Assembly: GCF_009914755.1 (NCBI RefSeq)
Contig: NC_060926.1
Length of the DNA: 64,000 nt
Source of the DNA: the human T2T-CHM13v2.0 reference genome, Homo sapiens
Direction: 5' to 3' (one strand)
In this document: positions 63,434-64,000 of the stretch, in pieces
Layout: each line of letters begins with the position of its first letter
Position numbering within the stretch: position 1 is the stretch's first letter
Position numbers and translations under genes: made by a program
The notes under the pieces: generated by a model
What the model was told of the DNA's origin: nothing
Databases searched by the model: none
The model's input: the letters and a program-made list of their open reading frames with translations, nothing else

Positions 63434-64000
63434 GGTTACTGTATGGCAAATAACTGAAGATAAAAGAAGATATATGAAAACACTTTCGAGAGTTTAAAGG
63501 TGTTAAGTATCATAAGTACTCTATTATTATTCACTCATCTCATCAAAAATTTTTAAGTGCTTACTATGGGCAGATTTAGATATTAGTATAATGTGCTGGG
63601 TAATATGAATTCGTCAAAGTAATAGAGTCCATTAATGTTTATAGAACTGTCTGTTAACATGACATTTGGCTCAAACTAGTAATGCTACAGAGCTACAGAA
63701 ACTTGAGCCAGCAATGTATATCTGTAATACTTTTTTCTGCAATTATAATTTGTGACTTTATTGTTGGATACATCCTTGAGACTTTTTTCCACTCCGCCAC
63801 TCAGTGCTACAAAGAATACATCACTCTTCTACTCCAGTTTCCCATGCCAGAAACAGAAGACTTGTCTTTGGCTTCCTTCTTGATAATTATTGGTATTAGA
63901 TTAGAGATGGAAAGTCAGGAGAATCCCATCAATTCTGCCTCCACAGATCGGGAGCTGTGGCTGATGCCTGTAATCCCAGCACTTTGCGAGGCCGAGGTGG

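Noticed and set aside
62900-64000. USP37 promoter or CpG island
   Set aside because: No CpG-rich non-Alu sequence in the window; the promoter must lie beyond the right end.

Overview
Primate (almost certainly human) genomic DNA lying entirely inside the USP37 deubiquitinase gene, which is transcribed on the minus strand (chr2q35 from prior knowledge). Nine GT-AG coding exons (61224 down to 151) splice in frame to give residues 1-385. These cover the N-terminal PH-like domain, KEN/D-box motifs and the start of the USP catalytic domain, including the Cys box (GFSNLGNTC, Cys350). The promoter and the 3' part of the gene are outside the window. The rest is repeat-dense intron: roughly 65-70 Alu copies or fragments, L1PA and older L1M pieces, a near full-length Tigger1, MER44, Tigger4, Kanga/MER104, MER5A, MER6B-like and MER102-like DNA transposon fossils, an MST LTR, a two-LTR ERVL remnant, a MaLR remnant, and a 3'-truncated 7SK retrocopy. 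Nearly all ORFs in the supplied track are repeat-derived noise. I see no convincing new gene system. The best second-look items are an Alu-7SK fusion with intact Pol III boxes, a nested acceptor/microexon/donor arrangement in front of the ATG exon, a 118-bp templated duplication flanking an exon, an Alu with an internal inversion, a zero-spacer inverted Alu pair, and a double hairpin ending in U11. Repeat family names come from memory of consensus sequences, and repeat boundaries are approximate unless a TSD or TIR is quoted.
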